Under the pieces are notes generated by a model. That model was not told where the DNA came from, searched no databases, and saw nothing but the letters and a program-made list of their open reading frames with translations. A stretch of DNA of 64,000 bases from Squalus acanthias (lineage: Eukaryota). Where the stretch lies: positions 28,708,001 through 28,772,000 of the forward strand of contig CM059432.1 of NCBI GenBank assembly GCA_030390025.1, in the 5' to 3' direction. Positions 38,550 to 51,544 of the stretch are shown here, piece after piece. Position numbers and translations under genes: made by a program. Numbering within the stretch: the first letter of the stretch is position 1; each line of letters begins with the position of its first letter.

Positions 38550-39035
38550 CATGCTTCACATGTAATGTAACAGGTCTGTCTATGGCATGCACTGACTTGT
38601 GCTTCCCCCACCTCTTTCGCCCCACCATCATTGCTTAAAACCGACCTCTTTGATCAAGCTTTCAGTCACCTGTTCTAGTGTCTCCTTCTTTGGCTCGGTG
38701 TCAATTTTTGTCTGATTACGATCCTGTGAAGCGCCTTGGGACGTTTGGTGCTATATAAATGTAAGTTGTTGTTCTGTTGTACCATTTTAAGGTAACAGGT
38801 CTATCTGTGATGTGGGCTCTCCTGCTCATTCCTTAATTTAACTGGTCCATCATGATGTGCACGGTTCTGCTCATGCTTTAATGTAACAAGTCTGTCTGTG
38901 ATGTCTGTGACTCACATTGTCCTGCTGTCATGCTTTAATGTTACAGGTCTGTCTGACATGCTTTTTCCTGCTGTCTTGCTTTATTGCAAAACATCCTTAA
39001 GTAACATGTACTGTGTCCTGCTGTTATGTTTTAAA
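38550..39035. repeat. Degenerate tandem repeat (tgctttaatgtaacaggtctgtct...) interrupted by an L2 tail at about 38635-38770
   Basis: Recurring gtaacaggtctgtct motif. Confidence 0.65.
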
Positions 39036-39929
39036 CATACTCACTTCTTCCAGGGCACAATTTTTTTTGAACTCTTCTAAATTAACTTTATGCATATTAA
39101 GGGTTCAAGGGATATGGGGATAGTGCAGGAAAGTGGAGTTGAGGTAGAAAATCAGCCATGATCTTATTGAATGGCAGAGCAGGCTTGAAGGGCCTGAATG
39201 GCCTACTTCTGCTCCTAGTTCTTATGTTCTTATACTTAGCAACATTACATTGAAACTTAACTTGTGGAAACAATTCAAAAAAATAAAATATACACGTTTT
39301 GGTGTATGAGAAGGATTGGAAATGGAGACTCAGAGAAGGATTGGAGATGATGGAGAGACTCAGAGAAAGATTGGAGATGGAGAGACAGACTTGGATAAAC
39401 ATTGGATTTTGAAGAGGTAATTGTGCCCTTAATTAATAAGGCCACCCCTTCTCCCTTTGTGCCAAGATGCTAGCATTGGCTCGGTGGTAGAACTCTCACC
39501 TCTGAGTTAGAAGTTCTGCAGGTTGAAGCCTCACTCTAGAACTTGAGCATATATTCTCGACAGACACTCCAGTGCAGTACCAAGGGAGTGCTGCACTGTT
39601 GGAGGTGCTGTCTTTCAAATAAGATGTTACGCCCTCTCAGGTGGCTGTAAAAGATTCCATGGCACTATTTGAAGAAGATCAGGGTATTTTTCCTGGCCAT
39701 CAGCTCAACTAGCATCACTTAAAAAACTATTTAATTGGTCATTTATCTCTTTCTTTTTCCCTTTCCTTCTCTATATCTCCTCAAAGTTTTATAGCTGGGA
39801 ATATTTAGTTCTCAGTTTTGCCCAGCCAAAGTCAAGTTTCCATCAAGGCTACAAATACCATAACCTTCCATTGTAATTAATGCTTCTAGTTCCAGAACTT
39901 GTATTATATATTATTAGTATAATACTGTG

Positions 39930-40460
39930 TGTCAGGCAGTGGCTTAGTTGGTAGCACCCGTGCCTCTGAGTCAGAAGGTTGTGGGTTCAAAGTCCCACTC
40001 CAGAGACTTGAGCAGAAAACATCTAGGCTGACACTCCAGTGCAGTACTGAGGGAGTGCTGCACTGTCAGAGGTGCTGTCTTTTGGATGAGACGTTAAACC
40101 GAGGCCCTGTCTGCTCACTCAGGTGGACATAAAAGATCCCATGGCACTATTTTGAAGAAGAGTAGGGGGGTTATCCCTGGTGTCCTGGCCAAAATTTATT
40201 CCTCATTCAACATCATACAAACAGAATATCTGGTCATTATCACATTGCTGTTTGTGGGAACTTGCTGTGCGCAAATTGGCTGCAGCATTTCCTACATTAC
40301 ATCTTCTGCCTAAGAAGAAGTAGCTGTTTGTGGGAGCTTGCTGCAGCATTTCCTACATTACTACAGTGACTACACTTCAAAAAAAATACTTCATTGGCTG
40401 TAAAGCGCTTTGGGACATCCGGTGGTCATGAAAGGCGCTATATAAATGCAAGTCTTTCTT
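39930..40460 (+). mobile_element. DeuSINE, full length, with a short internal duplication
   Basis: A/B boxes, Deu core and tail. gctgtttgtggga.cttgct...gcagcatttcctacattac occurs twice (40247-40300, 40323-40362). Confidence 0.9.
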
Positions 40461-43168
40461 TCCTTTTTCTTTCTTACATCTGTATATAAACACTGTAACT
40501 CTGAACTTTCATTCCCCTCAGTGCCAATTTCCCTTCTTTATTTTAATTATTCTTTTCTTCAGTATTCTTTTCGTTAATGTCTCTCCATACTGCCATTTGA
40601 GTTTTTTGTAAATTTATTCATTCATGGGATGTGAGTGTTCCTGGCAAGGCCAGCATTTATTGCCCATTCCTAGTTGCCCTCGGTTAGCCGCCTCTTGAAC
40701 CACTGCAGTCCGTGTGGTAAAGGTACTCCCATGGTGCTGTTCGGTAGGGAGTTCCAGGATTTTGACCCAGCGACATTAGTACTGGTTCGGCTTAGGTAAA
40801 GACAATTCCATCTGTTGAGCTTTCACCTTCTCTGGAACTCATAGAACTGGAACTCTGGAACAAAGGAAGGATTGGGTCAAAGGGAGAGACCCACTGAAGG
40901 ATTGGGGATGAAGGGAGAAACTAGACAGAGGGATATATATACTAATATACCAACTAGGGAACAGGCTATTTTAGATCTAGTATTGTGCAACGAGAAAGGG
41001 TTAATTAATAACCTTGTAGTAAAGGGGCCTTTAGGGATGAGTGACCATAATATGATAGAATTTTATATTGAGTTTGAAAGTGACTTAGTTAAATCCAAAA
41101 CTAGGGTCTTAAATCTAAACAAAGCAAACTACGTAGGTATGAGGGGCGAGTTGGCTAAGGTAAATTGGGAAACTACATTAAAAGGTATGACAGTGGATGA
41201 GCAATGGCTAGCATTTAAAGAATTAATACATAATTTACAACAAATATACATTCCTTTAAGGCACAAAAACCCCACAGGAAAAGTAGTCCATCTGTGGCTA
41301 ACAAGGGAAGTTAAAGATAGTATTAGATCAAAGGAAGAGGCTTATAATTCTGCCAAAAAGAGTAGTAAGCCTGAGGATTGGGAGGATTTTAGAATTCAGC
41401 AAAGGAGGACAAGAAATTGATAAAGAAAGGGAAAATAGAATATGAGAGTAAACTAGCGAGAGACATAAAAACAAACTGTAAAAACTTCTATAGGTATGTA
41501 AAAAAGCAAAGATTAGCAAAAGTAAATGTGGGTCCCTTACAGGCTGAGACCGGAGAAATTATAATGGGGAATAAGGAAATGGCAGAGAAATTAAACAAAT
41601 ACTTCACGGAAGAAGATGCAAAAAACTTCCCAGAAATAGTGGAGAACCAAGGGCCTAGCGAGAATGAGGAACTGAAAGAAATTGGTATTAGTAAAAAAGT
41701 AGTACTGGAGAAATTAATGGGACTGAAAGCCGATAAATCCCCTGGATCTGATGGCATACATCCTAGGGTTTTGAAAGAGTTGGCTATAGAGATAGTGGAT
41801 GCATTGGTTGTCATTTTCCAAAATTCCATAGATTCTAGAATGGTTCCGGAAGGGAGTAAATGTAACCCCACTATTTAAGAAAGGAGGGAGAGAGAAAACG
41901 GGGAACTACAGACCAGTTAGCCTGACATCAGTAGTAGGGAAAATGCTACAATCTATTATTAAGGATGTGGTATGAAAGGGAAATCGTGTTTGACAAATCT
42001 GTTAGAGTTTTTTGAGGTTGTAACCAGCAGAATAGATAAGGGGGACCCAGTGGATGTGGTGTATTTGGATTTTCAGAAGGCATTCGATAAGGTGCCGCAC
42101 AAGAGGTTATTAAACAAAATTAGGGCTCATGGGATTGGGGGTAATATACTAGCATGGATTGAGGATTGGTTAATGGACAGAAAACAGAGAGTAGGAATAA
42201 ACGGGTCATTTTCGAGTTGGCAGGCTGTAACTAGTGGGGCACCGCAAGGATCAGTGCTTGGGCCTCAGCTATTCACAATCTACATCAATGATTTGGATGA
42301 GGGGACCAAATGTAATATATCCAAGTTTGCTGATGATACAAAGCTGGGTGGGAATGTAAGTTGTGAGGAGGATGCAAGGAGGCTTCAAGGGGATATAGAC
42401 AGGCTAAGTGAGTGGGCAAGAACATGGCAAATGGAATATAATGTGGAAAAATGTGAAATTATCCACTTTGGTAGGAAAAATAGAAAAGCAGAGTATTTTT
42501 TAAATGGTGAGAGATTGGGAAATGTTGGTGTTCGGAGGGACCTGGGTGTCCTTGTACACGAATCACTGAAAGTTAACATGCAGGTACAGCAATTAGGAAA
42601 GCAAATGGTATGTTGGCCTTTATTACAAGAGGATTTGAGTATAAGAGTAAAGATGTCTTACTGCAATTATATAGGGCCCTGGTGGGACCACACCTGGAGT
42701 ATTGTGTACAGTTTTAGTCTCCTTACCTAAGGAAGGATATACTTGCCATAGAGGGAGTGCAACGAAGGTTCACCAGACTGGTTCCTGGGATGGGGAAATT
42801 GTCCTATGAGGACAGATTGAGTAGACTAGGCCTATATTCTCTAGAGTTTAGAAGAATGAGAGGTGATCTCATTGAAACATACAAAATTCTTACAGGGCTT
42901 GACAGGGTAGATGCAGGGAGGATGTTTCCCCTGGCTGGGGAGTCTAGAACCAGGGGTCACAGTCTCAGAATAATGGGTCAGCCATTTAGGACTGAGATTA
43001 GGAGAAATTTCTTCACTCAGAGGGTGGTGAATCTTTGGAATTCTCTACCCCAGAGGGCTGTGGAGGCTCAGTCATTGAGTATATTCAAGACAGAGATCGA
43101 TAGATTTTTGAATATTAAGGGGTCAAGGGATATGGGGATAGTTCAGGAAAGTGGAGATGAGGTAGAAA

Positions 43169-44397
43169 CTGCTTCATCAATGACATAAGGTCAGAAATGG
43201 GGATGTTCGCTGATGACTGCACAGTGTTCAATGCCATTCACAACTCCTCAGATAATGAAGCAGTCCATGCCCGCATGCAACAAGACCACTGTCCAAAAAT
43301 GTGCGGGTTAGGTTGATTGGCTATGATAAAATTGACCCTTAGTGTTAGGGGGGGATTAAATATGTGGGGTTATGGGGATAGGATGGGATATGTTAGGGGG
43401 AATTAAATACGTGGGGTTACAGAGGTCGGGTGGGATATGTGTACTGTGGGGATTAAAGCAGGGACAGGGTACTGGATTTGAATGATCAGCCATGATCGTA
43501 TTGAATGGTGGTGCAGGCTCGACGGGCCGAATGGCCTACTCCTGCTCCTAGATTCTATGTTTCTATGTTTCTAGACAACGTTCAGGCTTGGGCTGATAAG
43601 TGACAAGTAACATTCGCGCCACAGAAGTGCCAGGCAATGACTATCTCCAACAAGCAAGAGTCTAACCACCGCCCCTTGACATTCAAAGGCATTTCCATCA
43701 CCGAATCCCCCACCATTAACATCCTGGGGGTTACCATTGACCAGGAACTTAACTGGACCAGCCACATAAATACTGTGGCAACAAGAGCAGGTCAGAGGCT
43801 AGGTATTCTGCGGCGAGTGTCTCACCTACTGACTCCCCAAAGCTTTTCTACCATCTACAAGGCACAAGTAAGGAGTGTGATGGAATACTCTCCACTTGCC
43901 TGGATAAGTGCAGCTCCAACAACACTCAAGAAGCTCAACACCATCCAGGACAAAGCAGCCCAAATGATTGGCACCCCATCTACCACCTTAAACATTCAGT
44001 CCCTCCACCACCGGTGTACTGTGGCTGCAGTGTGTACCATCTACAAGATGCACTGCAGCAACTCGTCAAGGCTTCTTCAGCAGCACCTCCCAAACCCGCG
44101 ACCTCTTCCACCTAGAAGGACAAGGGCAGCAGACGCATGGGAACACCACCACCTCCAAGTTCCCCTCCAAGTCACACACCATCCTGACTTAGAAGTATAT
44201 CACCGATCCTTCATCGTCGCTGGGTCAAAATCCTGGAACTCCCTACCTAACAGCACTGGGGGAGTACCTTCACCACACGGACTGCAGCGGTTCAAGAAGG
44301 CGGCTCACCACCACCTTCTCAAGGGCAATTAGGTATGGGCAATAAATGCTGGCCTTGCCAGCGACGCCCACATCCCATAAAAACAAATTTAAAAAAA
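43169..44397 (+). mobile_element. Second CR1-group (CR1/Crack-like) LINE 3-prime portion
   Basis: MFADD at about 43204, ORF 43637..44332 (ILGVTID, YKAQVRSVMEY) and an A-rich end. Confidence 0.85.
43287..43572 (+). mobile_element. V-SINE (HE1-like), 5-prime truncated, with CR1-derived tail
   Basis: V-domain gtccaaaaatgtgcgggttaggttgattggctatgataaaattgaccctt, then CR1 3-prime UTR and (TTTCTATG)n tail. Confidence 0.8.
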
Positions 44398-46015
44398 GAT
44401 CAGCCATGATCTTATTGAATGGCAGAGCAGGCTCGAAGGGCCAAATGGCCTACTCCTGCTCCTATTTCTTATGTTACTTGTCAGCTGGGAGTTTACTTAG
44501 ATTTTCAGCCCACTGCTGGCTAATTAAGGAGTGGAATCTTCTAGTCCCGGATTCAATTCCGGTGCTCCATGAAAATGTGCTTTAAAACGGTTAGATGTTT
44601 ACTCTAGTTATATATTAATAATAACTAACTAACTAGCTAACTAAATAAATAACGTCTATGGATGAGCTTGAGAACCATTTATGAATCCAAGCAGCTCCTG
44701 TTTTATTTACAACCTTTCAATCTGGCTTGGTTTCAGACAACCCTTCTGCCTGTTGCAGGCAAAACATGAACAGGTGCTGCAATAGATAACCAAAGGTAAA
44801 AGCCTTTCAGAAAATTGAATCCAGCTCTCCCAACTCCCTGGCAAGTTTGTCTAATGAGTAGCTGAGCTATACATATGAGGTTTGCAGGGGAGACCAGAAC
44901 TAGGGCCCATAAATATAAGATAGTCACTAATAAATCCAACAGGGAATTCAGGAAAAACCAGAGTGGTTAGAATATGGATTTCAAGGACCACAAGGAGTAG
45001 TTGAGACGACTAGCATAGATGCATTTATGGAGAAGCTAGATAAATACATGAGGGAGAAAGGAATAGAGGGATACACTGATGGGGTTGGATAAAGAAGGGT
45101 GGGAGGAGGCTTGTGTGGAGCATAAGCACCGATGTAGACCTGTTGGGACAAATGGCCTGTTTCTGTGCTGTAAATACTATGTAAGACTATGTTTGATTCT
45201 TCTAATTGCCCTGAGTTAGCTGATCTCAGTGGTCGAATAAACTGCTGACATTAACTAGCTAAGCTCACATTGAAGAATGGCCACTAGGATGAGGTACCAA
45301 GTGGAACCATACTTCAGCTAGAGTTGGCACCTTCACAAGAGGAGGGAAATCTGAATCAGTACTGCAGACCCAATCAGAAGAAATTCCATATCCTATTGGG
45401 ATCCACTATTTGAGAGTTGCAGCCTTTCCAAGTTTGGGTTAATTAAAAAATATCAATCCTCTGTCATCCAACACAATATACCATCTATTGAAATCAAAGA
45501 TATTGCTGTTACAAATTGGACAACTGGAGGTCACTGTATTGCAGGAGCATTTAATGGCTTAAAGTCATTTACTGTCTAAAGGCATTGATTCAGAGTAAAT
45601 CTCAGTAAGTATTTGACTTCACATGAGAAGTGCACTGATAGCTATTTTTAGCATAGATCATAATATGGTATTGAGCATACATTTACCACACACACGTATA
45701 TATATATTTTTGGTACAGGGTATAAAATCTATCCCATATCGCCCTGAATAGAGTTTCTGTTCAAGTTAGATGGCTCAATCGGTCGTCCAATGTTATTAAC
45801 CGTGACATCCCATCACCACAAAAAAAGCAATAAAAACAGAGAGAGTAAGCAATGTAAAGTGTGTATCTGTCCCACTTTGGAGCACATTCTTAGCTAAGGG
45901 GTCTCACTCATCTGGCTTTGATGGTTCCATCTCAGCCCTTAGATGGTTGGTACCTGCAGACTTTCTGTCACCCAACATCCTATAAAAAATCCAAGTGTGT
46001 ATTTGTTTTACTTAC

Positions 46016-46235
46016 TTTCCCCTTCGATCTTTTCGCACGTCCTGCACCAGGTGATCTGCCGGGTTTCTAGTTTAACCTGAAAAGTTTTTCTCTCCGGTCG
46101 CTGGGATTTTTTCTGATAATATAAAGTCATGACAGTTCCCAGCTCCAAGTTTCGGATGATCCTGCTAACTTCTGCCTCCATCCTCCCATCTTCCAGCAAA
46201 AATCCATTTGGAAAACCGACTCTGGACACTGACAT
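46016..46235 (-). CDS. PLCG1: Phospholipase C gamma 1 (or PLCG1-like) first coding exon, N-terminal PH domain
   Basis: ORF 46008..46235 reads LELGTVMTLYYQKKSQRPERKTFQVKLETRQITW...KIEG, diagnostic of PLCG1. ATG has A at -3. Phase-1 GTAAGT donor at 46010-46015. Lies downstream of TOP1 on the same strand, as in mammals. Confidence 0.9.
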
Positions 46236-47689
46236 CTTCAGAGCATCGTCCAGTAGATTATTTATAATTTAAGAAAAGTAAATAAACCCGATTTGATTGA
46301 ACAACAACAAAAAAACACCACGTTTTTAATTAGAATTCTAAACTGGCCCCTTTTCCCTGCCTTTATTTTTCCGCTGCAAACTAGTCTCCTGTTGGCCAGG
46401 GTAGGTACGCGGGTTCCCTCCTCTAATATATATTCATATCATTAAACGTGGAAAAAAAATTGCCAATGAAATTGCTCCAATGTTGCGGTGTTGGATCCTT
46501 GCCTGCTTCCTGGATGTCTGGATGTTCTTCCCCTTTCTGTCAAATCCTCGGTTGTACTGGCAGACGCACTGAAGATGGCTGAGTACTGCTGGAAATACAC
46601 ACACACACACACAGATATATATATATATATATATCCCCCCCACCCTTGTTTTTTTTTGTCAGTTTTAGTCCAAGTGAAATCGACACGGTCGAAAGGCAGA
46701 GCCGAGCCCAGAGGAAACAGCACATACACACATAGCCGGAAAGAGATCAGAGACAGGAATCTGAAATATTATAGGATCGGGGGAGGAAGGGGGGGAGAGA
46801 GAGAGGAAAAAAAGTGTTGAAAAGAATGAAAAACAGCGACATCTAGAGAGAAATGGTGAATACAAATAAAAAGAAGAGGACTGAAAAGGTGTGAAAGAGA
46901 GAGAGAGAAATATGAGGCAAAACGAATGCTAAGTAGGACAACTAATGGGCAAATGGCGAGGGCTGGAGTGGAGGAGGCAGACAGCAAGGGATAATACTTA
47001 TATTTATATCGTGCCTTATTACAAACACATGTCTCAAAATAATTCGCACAATGAATTACTTTTGGAGTGCAGTGACTTGTTATGGGGGAGAGAAGACAAT
47101 TTGAAATTAGACAGATGCTGTAGGAAGGGAGCCAATCCATAAAATATATCCAGGAAAAAGGTGACAGCAAAGAAACAGGAACTGAAAGAACAAGGAAAGA
47201 TAAAATGAGAGAAAGAGGTGGCATATGAAGAGAAAAAGAAAGACATTTCAAAAATAAATTTGCAAAAATTTGTGAGGCTTTGCTGGGGTTTACTAGTCAC
47301 TGATAGGTCAATTAACACAAGAGGGTCAGATCTGTGACCTACAGTCCCATCTTCGGAGGCTCCATCCCTGCCTCACAATAATTACCACACAACATATAGA
47401 TTTCTATATGTACAAACATCGTAAAGCCATTTGTGACAAGTCCCAATGTTCAGTATTTCTAGTGAAATCAGAAACATCCTCTTTAAAGCGAAATAAATCT
47501 TCAATGAATGATTGTGTTGCTAGACATAGCAATCCGGTTAATTCTTAGTTTCCCCATTATGGAAAGAGGAATACTAATCTAAAAATAGTAAGATGCAGAG
47601 AAATTGACAAACGAGGGAAAAAAGTGCAATAGAAAATAAAGAGGTAAGAGTGTTATCACTGAGTCAAGGTTTATTATAAGAAATAAAAA

Positions 47690-49215
47690 CAGAAAATTAC
47701 AACATGGAGGAAGGCAAATTTCAGTGGGTTGAGAATGGATCTGGCCCGGGTAAATTGAAATCAAAGATTGGCAGGCAAAACTATAATCGAACAATGGGCT
47801 GCCTTTAAAGAGGAGATGGTTCGGGTACAGTCGAGATACATTCCCATTAGGGTGAAAGGTAGGCCAAGAGGTCCTTGGTTGACGAAAGAGATGAAGAGTA
47901 AGATGAAGCAGAAAAAGAGCGCGTATGACAGATGTCAGGTTGAGAATACAAGTGAGAATCAGACTGAATATAGAAAGTTCAGAGGGGAAGTGAAAAAAAA
48001 CATAAGAGGGGCAAAGAGAGAGTATGAGAATAGATTGGCAGCTAACATAAAAGGGAATTCAAAAGTCTTCTATAGGCATATAAATAATAAACAAGTAGTA
48101 GGAGGGGTGGGGCTAATTAGGGACCAAAAAGGAGACCTACGCATGGAAGCAGAGGGCATAGCTGAGGTACTAAATGAGTACTTTGCATCTGTCTTCACCA
48201 AGAAGATGCTGCCAAAGTCATAGTGAAAGAGGTGAAAGAGTGGAGATACTGGATGAGATAAGAATTGATAAAGAGGAGGTACTAGAAAGGCTGTCTGTAC
48301 TTAAAGTTGATAAGTCACCAGGACTGGATGGGATGCATCCTAGGATGCTGAGGGAGGTTAAGGAGGAAATCGTGGAGGTACTGGCCATAATCTTCCAATC
48401 TTCCTTAGATACAGGGGTGGTGCCAGAGGACTAGAGAATTGCAAATGCTACACCCTTGATTAAAAACGGGTGTAAGGATAAACTCAGCAACAACAGGCCA
48501 GTCAGTTTAACCTAGTGGGGAAGCTTTTAGAAATGATAATCAGGGACAAAGTTAACAGTCACTTGGACAAGTGTGGATTAATTAAGGAAAGCCAGCATAG
48601 ATTTGTTAAAGGCAAATTGTGTTTAACTAACTTGATTGAGTTTTTTGATGAGGTAACAGAGAGGGTTGATGAGGGCAATGCGGTTGACGTGGATTTCCAA
48701 AAGACGTTTGATAAAGTGCTTGCCAGCAAAGATAATAGGCTTGCAAGCAAAGTTGAAGCCCATGGAATTAAAGGGACAGTGGCAGCATGGATACGGAATT
48801 GGCTAAGTGACAGGAAACAGAGAGTAGTGGTGAACAGTTGTTTTTTGGACTGGAGGAAGGTATACAGTGGTGTTCCCCAGAGGTTGGTACTAGGACCACT
48901 GCTTTTCTTGATATATATTAATGACTTGGACTTGGGAGTACAGGGCACAATTTCAAAATTTGCAGATGACACAAAACTTGGAATAGTGAGGAGGATAGTG
49001 ATAGACTTCAAAAGGACATAGACAAACTGGTGAAATGGGCGGACACATGACAGATGAAATTTAACGCAGAACAGTGCGAAGTGATACATTTTGGTCGGAA
49101 GAATGAGGAGAGGCAATATAAACTAAAGGGTACAATCCTAAAAGGGGTGCATGAACAGAGAGATCAGGTGCATATATGTGCACAATCATTGAAGCTGGCA
49201 GGGCAGGTTGAGAAA
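47690..49215 (+). mobile_element. CR1 LINE fragment, degenerate
   Basis: ORFs 47768..48223, 48174..48434, 48515..49021 and 49054 onward. Confidence 0.9.
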
Positions 49216-49849
49216 GCCAAAAAAAAAGTTAAAAAGTGCAAAACCTTTCTCCCCCCCTCCCCCCCCCCCCCAAATATAGCAATGGCCTTTTCCCTAAATT
49301 ACCTGCAACTGCTGCAATTTGCCACAATGGTCTCTCACAATGGAACTTGATCCACAGGAGCTGTGACCAGGTCAACAGCACCACAGAGAGCTCTTGGAGG
49401 CAGCAAGTGGAGGCAATGAGTGTGGAGCAGCTGGAGACAGTACCAGACAGAAGGCCTACATTGTACCAGACCATGGTATCTGTTATCAGGGACGGCGTAT
49501 CTGAGGTCAAAGCGGTCGATTTTGTGTGGGTAGGAGATGAGAAGAGATGTCACAACATGAAAGATGGGATGGATATGTTTATGAGGGGTTTGTGAGTTTC
49601 TTTGTGAATCATTTGATTGATTGTGCACTAATTATTTTTTTGATTTTACTGGTATATAGTGAGGTGGGCGAGGAACTATCATGACAGCTGTATATAGAAG
49701 AAAATAACTCTATAATATGATTGGGAGAAATTTTGTTTTTATGCAGCTTGATTGGTTATTTTCTACTTTCATTATTCACCAATTAGAGGCAAACAGAAGA
49801 AAATGAATGAACATGAAAGATGAATTTTTTGATCAGATAACTGTATTAC

Positions 49850-50225
49850 ATAACCTATAGACTGACTTATTATTGTATAATATACATCGACTGATATCCA
49901 TTATTATTTAAACCATTTGAACTCCTTGATTAAATTCCAACATGCATCTCATTCTGTAGTTTCCTTTATAAACCAACCAAACTTTTCAACTGAATTCCAG
50001 CACGTAACTCACTTCTGGGTATCCCTTATTCTATATATAAACCATTTGAACCCTTTGATTAGATTCTAGCCTGTAACTCAGTCCCAGGTATCCATTATTA
50101 TTCTGTATAAAAAAAACAATTGAATTCCTCAATTTAATTGCAGTCTCTAACTCATTGTTGGTATCCGTGATTTTGTGTATAAACCAGTTTAGTCCACCGA
50201 TTAGATTGCTGCTAGGTATCCATTA
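49850..50225. repeat. Degenerate minisatellite, unit about 60-65 bp
   Basis: Recurring tataaaccatttgaac..cttgattagattccagcctgtaactca...gggtatcc. Confidence 0.75.
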
Positions 50226-51544
50226 GATATCAACACTCTGGCCTGTTTATTTTTATGGTGTATCAGGAGTAGGAACCCTGGTTGTTTTCTTTTTATCTGT
50301 CAAGCACGTGGATGCTGAAGCCAATTGTAGCTCTCCTACTTCATTTACCTCATCTTCCCTCCTGCTCTTTTCACAATCAGTCGTGTCCTTCTCTATGGAC
50401 CTTGGTCTTTGCTAATGTTTTCTCATGTTAAGAAAATCCAACATTTTTTGCCAACTATCTGATTTTATTTATTTTTGAATCCAAATTTAAATGTGAAAAT
50501 GCCATTACTCAATATTAGCTAGTCGTTTTCCATAGATGTTTCCGTGGCTTGGCGTACATTTAAAAGCAGCACTACCTGTCTCTAAACTGGTTTTTAGTTG
50601 TTCTATTTGCATCTGGACGCATCTTAATCTATTCATCTGTTGTCAACAGTTGTTGGGTGTATGCACTTGATTAATCAGTTAAAAGCCCTATATGCTTTCA
50701 ATAGTCGAATGGCTAATATTGCATTACTATCACCAACTCAAGTTGTTGTAGTTAATAAGTATTTATTTATGTTTTACTCCCGTTGTGCCAATTAAGTATT
50801 CTCCCCTGGAGTATTGGCAAGAATGATTGGAATTAGGTCATCTCTGATGTATGTGATAATGTTGATTTTCTTTTGTTAAATTGCAGGAGGGCAAGAGCTG
50901 GAGGAAATGGCAGAGGCATTCAGATCAATTGGAGATCGCCCATGGTGGAGGCTTGGTTCCTAATTTCAGGGTCAAAAGGGACATTTGTTACAGGGATGGA
51001 ATATGCATTCTGTGCTGGGGCAGTAGGAAATAAATAGAGGGTGAGTTGGAAAACAAAGGCAGGAATTATGAAGCAAGGTGCAACAGTGCAATTGAGTGGA
51101 GTGGATGGGGATAATTACATAAAGACTTGCATTTATATAGCACCTTTCATGATCTCAGGATGTCCCAAAGCGCTTTAGTACTTTTTGAAATGTAGTCACT
51201 GTTGTAATGTATGAAATATTACATGCAGTGGCTAGGCTCAGGCAGCGATTGGCTTGAGCTCCCTCAGGCCTTTCTTAATAGGTTTAAAGGAGCATGCCTG
51301 GGACAACTACAGATTTTAATTTACATAACCAACTTGGATTCAGAACTCAATGCAAGTTGATCAAATTTTCAGGTGATATCAAACTGGGAGGGGCAGTGGA
51401 TTCAGCTCACAAATTAAAAAAATAGCTGAATAAAATATAAAAGTCAGTAGAAAAATAGCTGAAATTGAATGCAGACAAGTATAAAGAATTGCACATACCA
51501 AAAAAGTGGATGGGCAGACTCCATAAATGTTGAAATGGGCAAGT

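Larger units (their letters stand above)
40945..44475 (+). mobile_element. Long CR1 fragment whose 3-prime UTR is split by nested elements (CR1 at 40945-43168 and 44398-44475)
   Basis: ORFs 40872..41420 (end of the EN domain, SDH), 41417..41878, 41972..42730 and 42757..43188. The UTR gaggtagaa|gatcagccatg rejoins across the insertion. Confidence 0.93.

Noticed and set aside
39930..40010. tRNA gene (A and B boxes; also at 12120, 32075 and 34470)
   Set aside because: These are SINE heads that run directly into the Deu core, with no complete cloverleaf.
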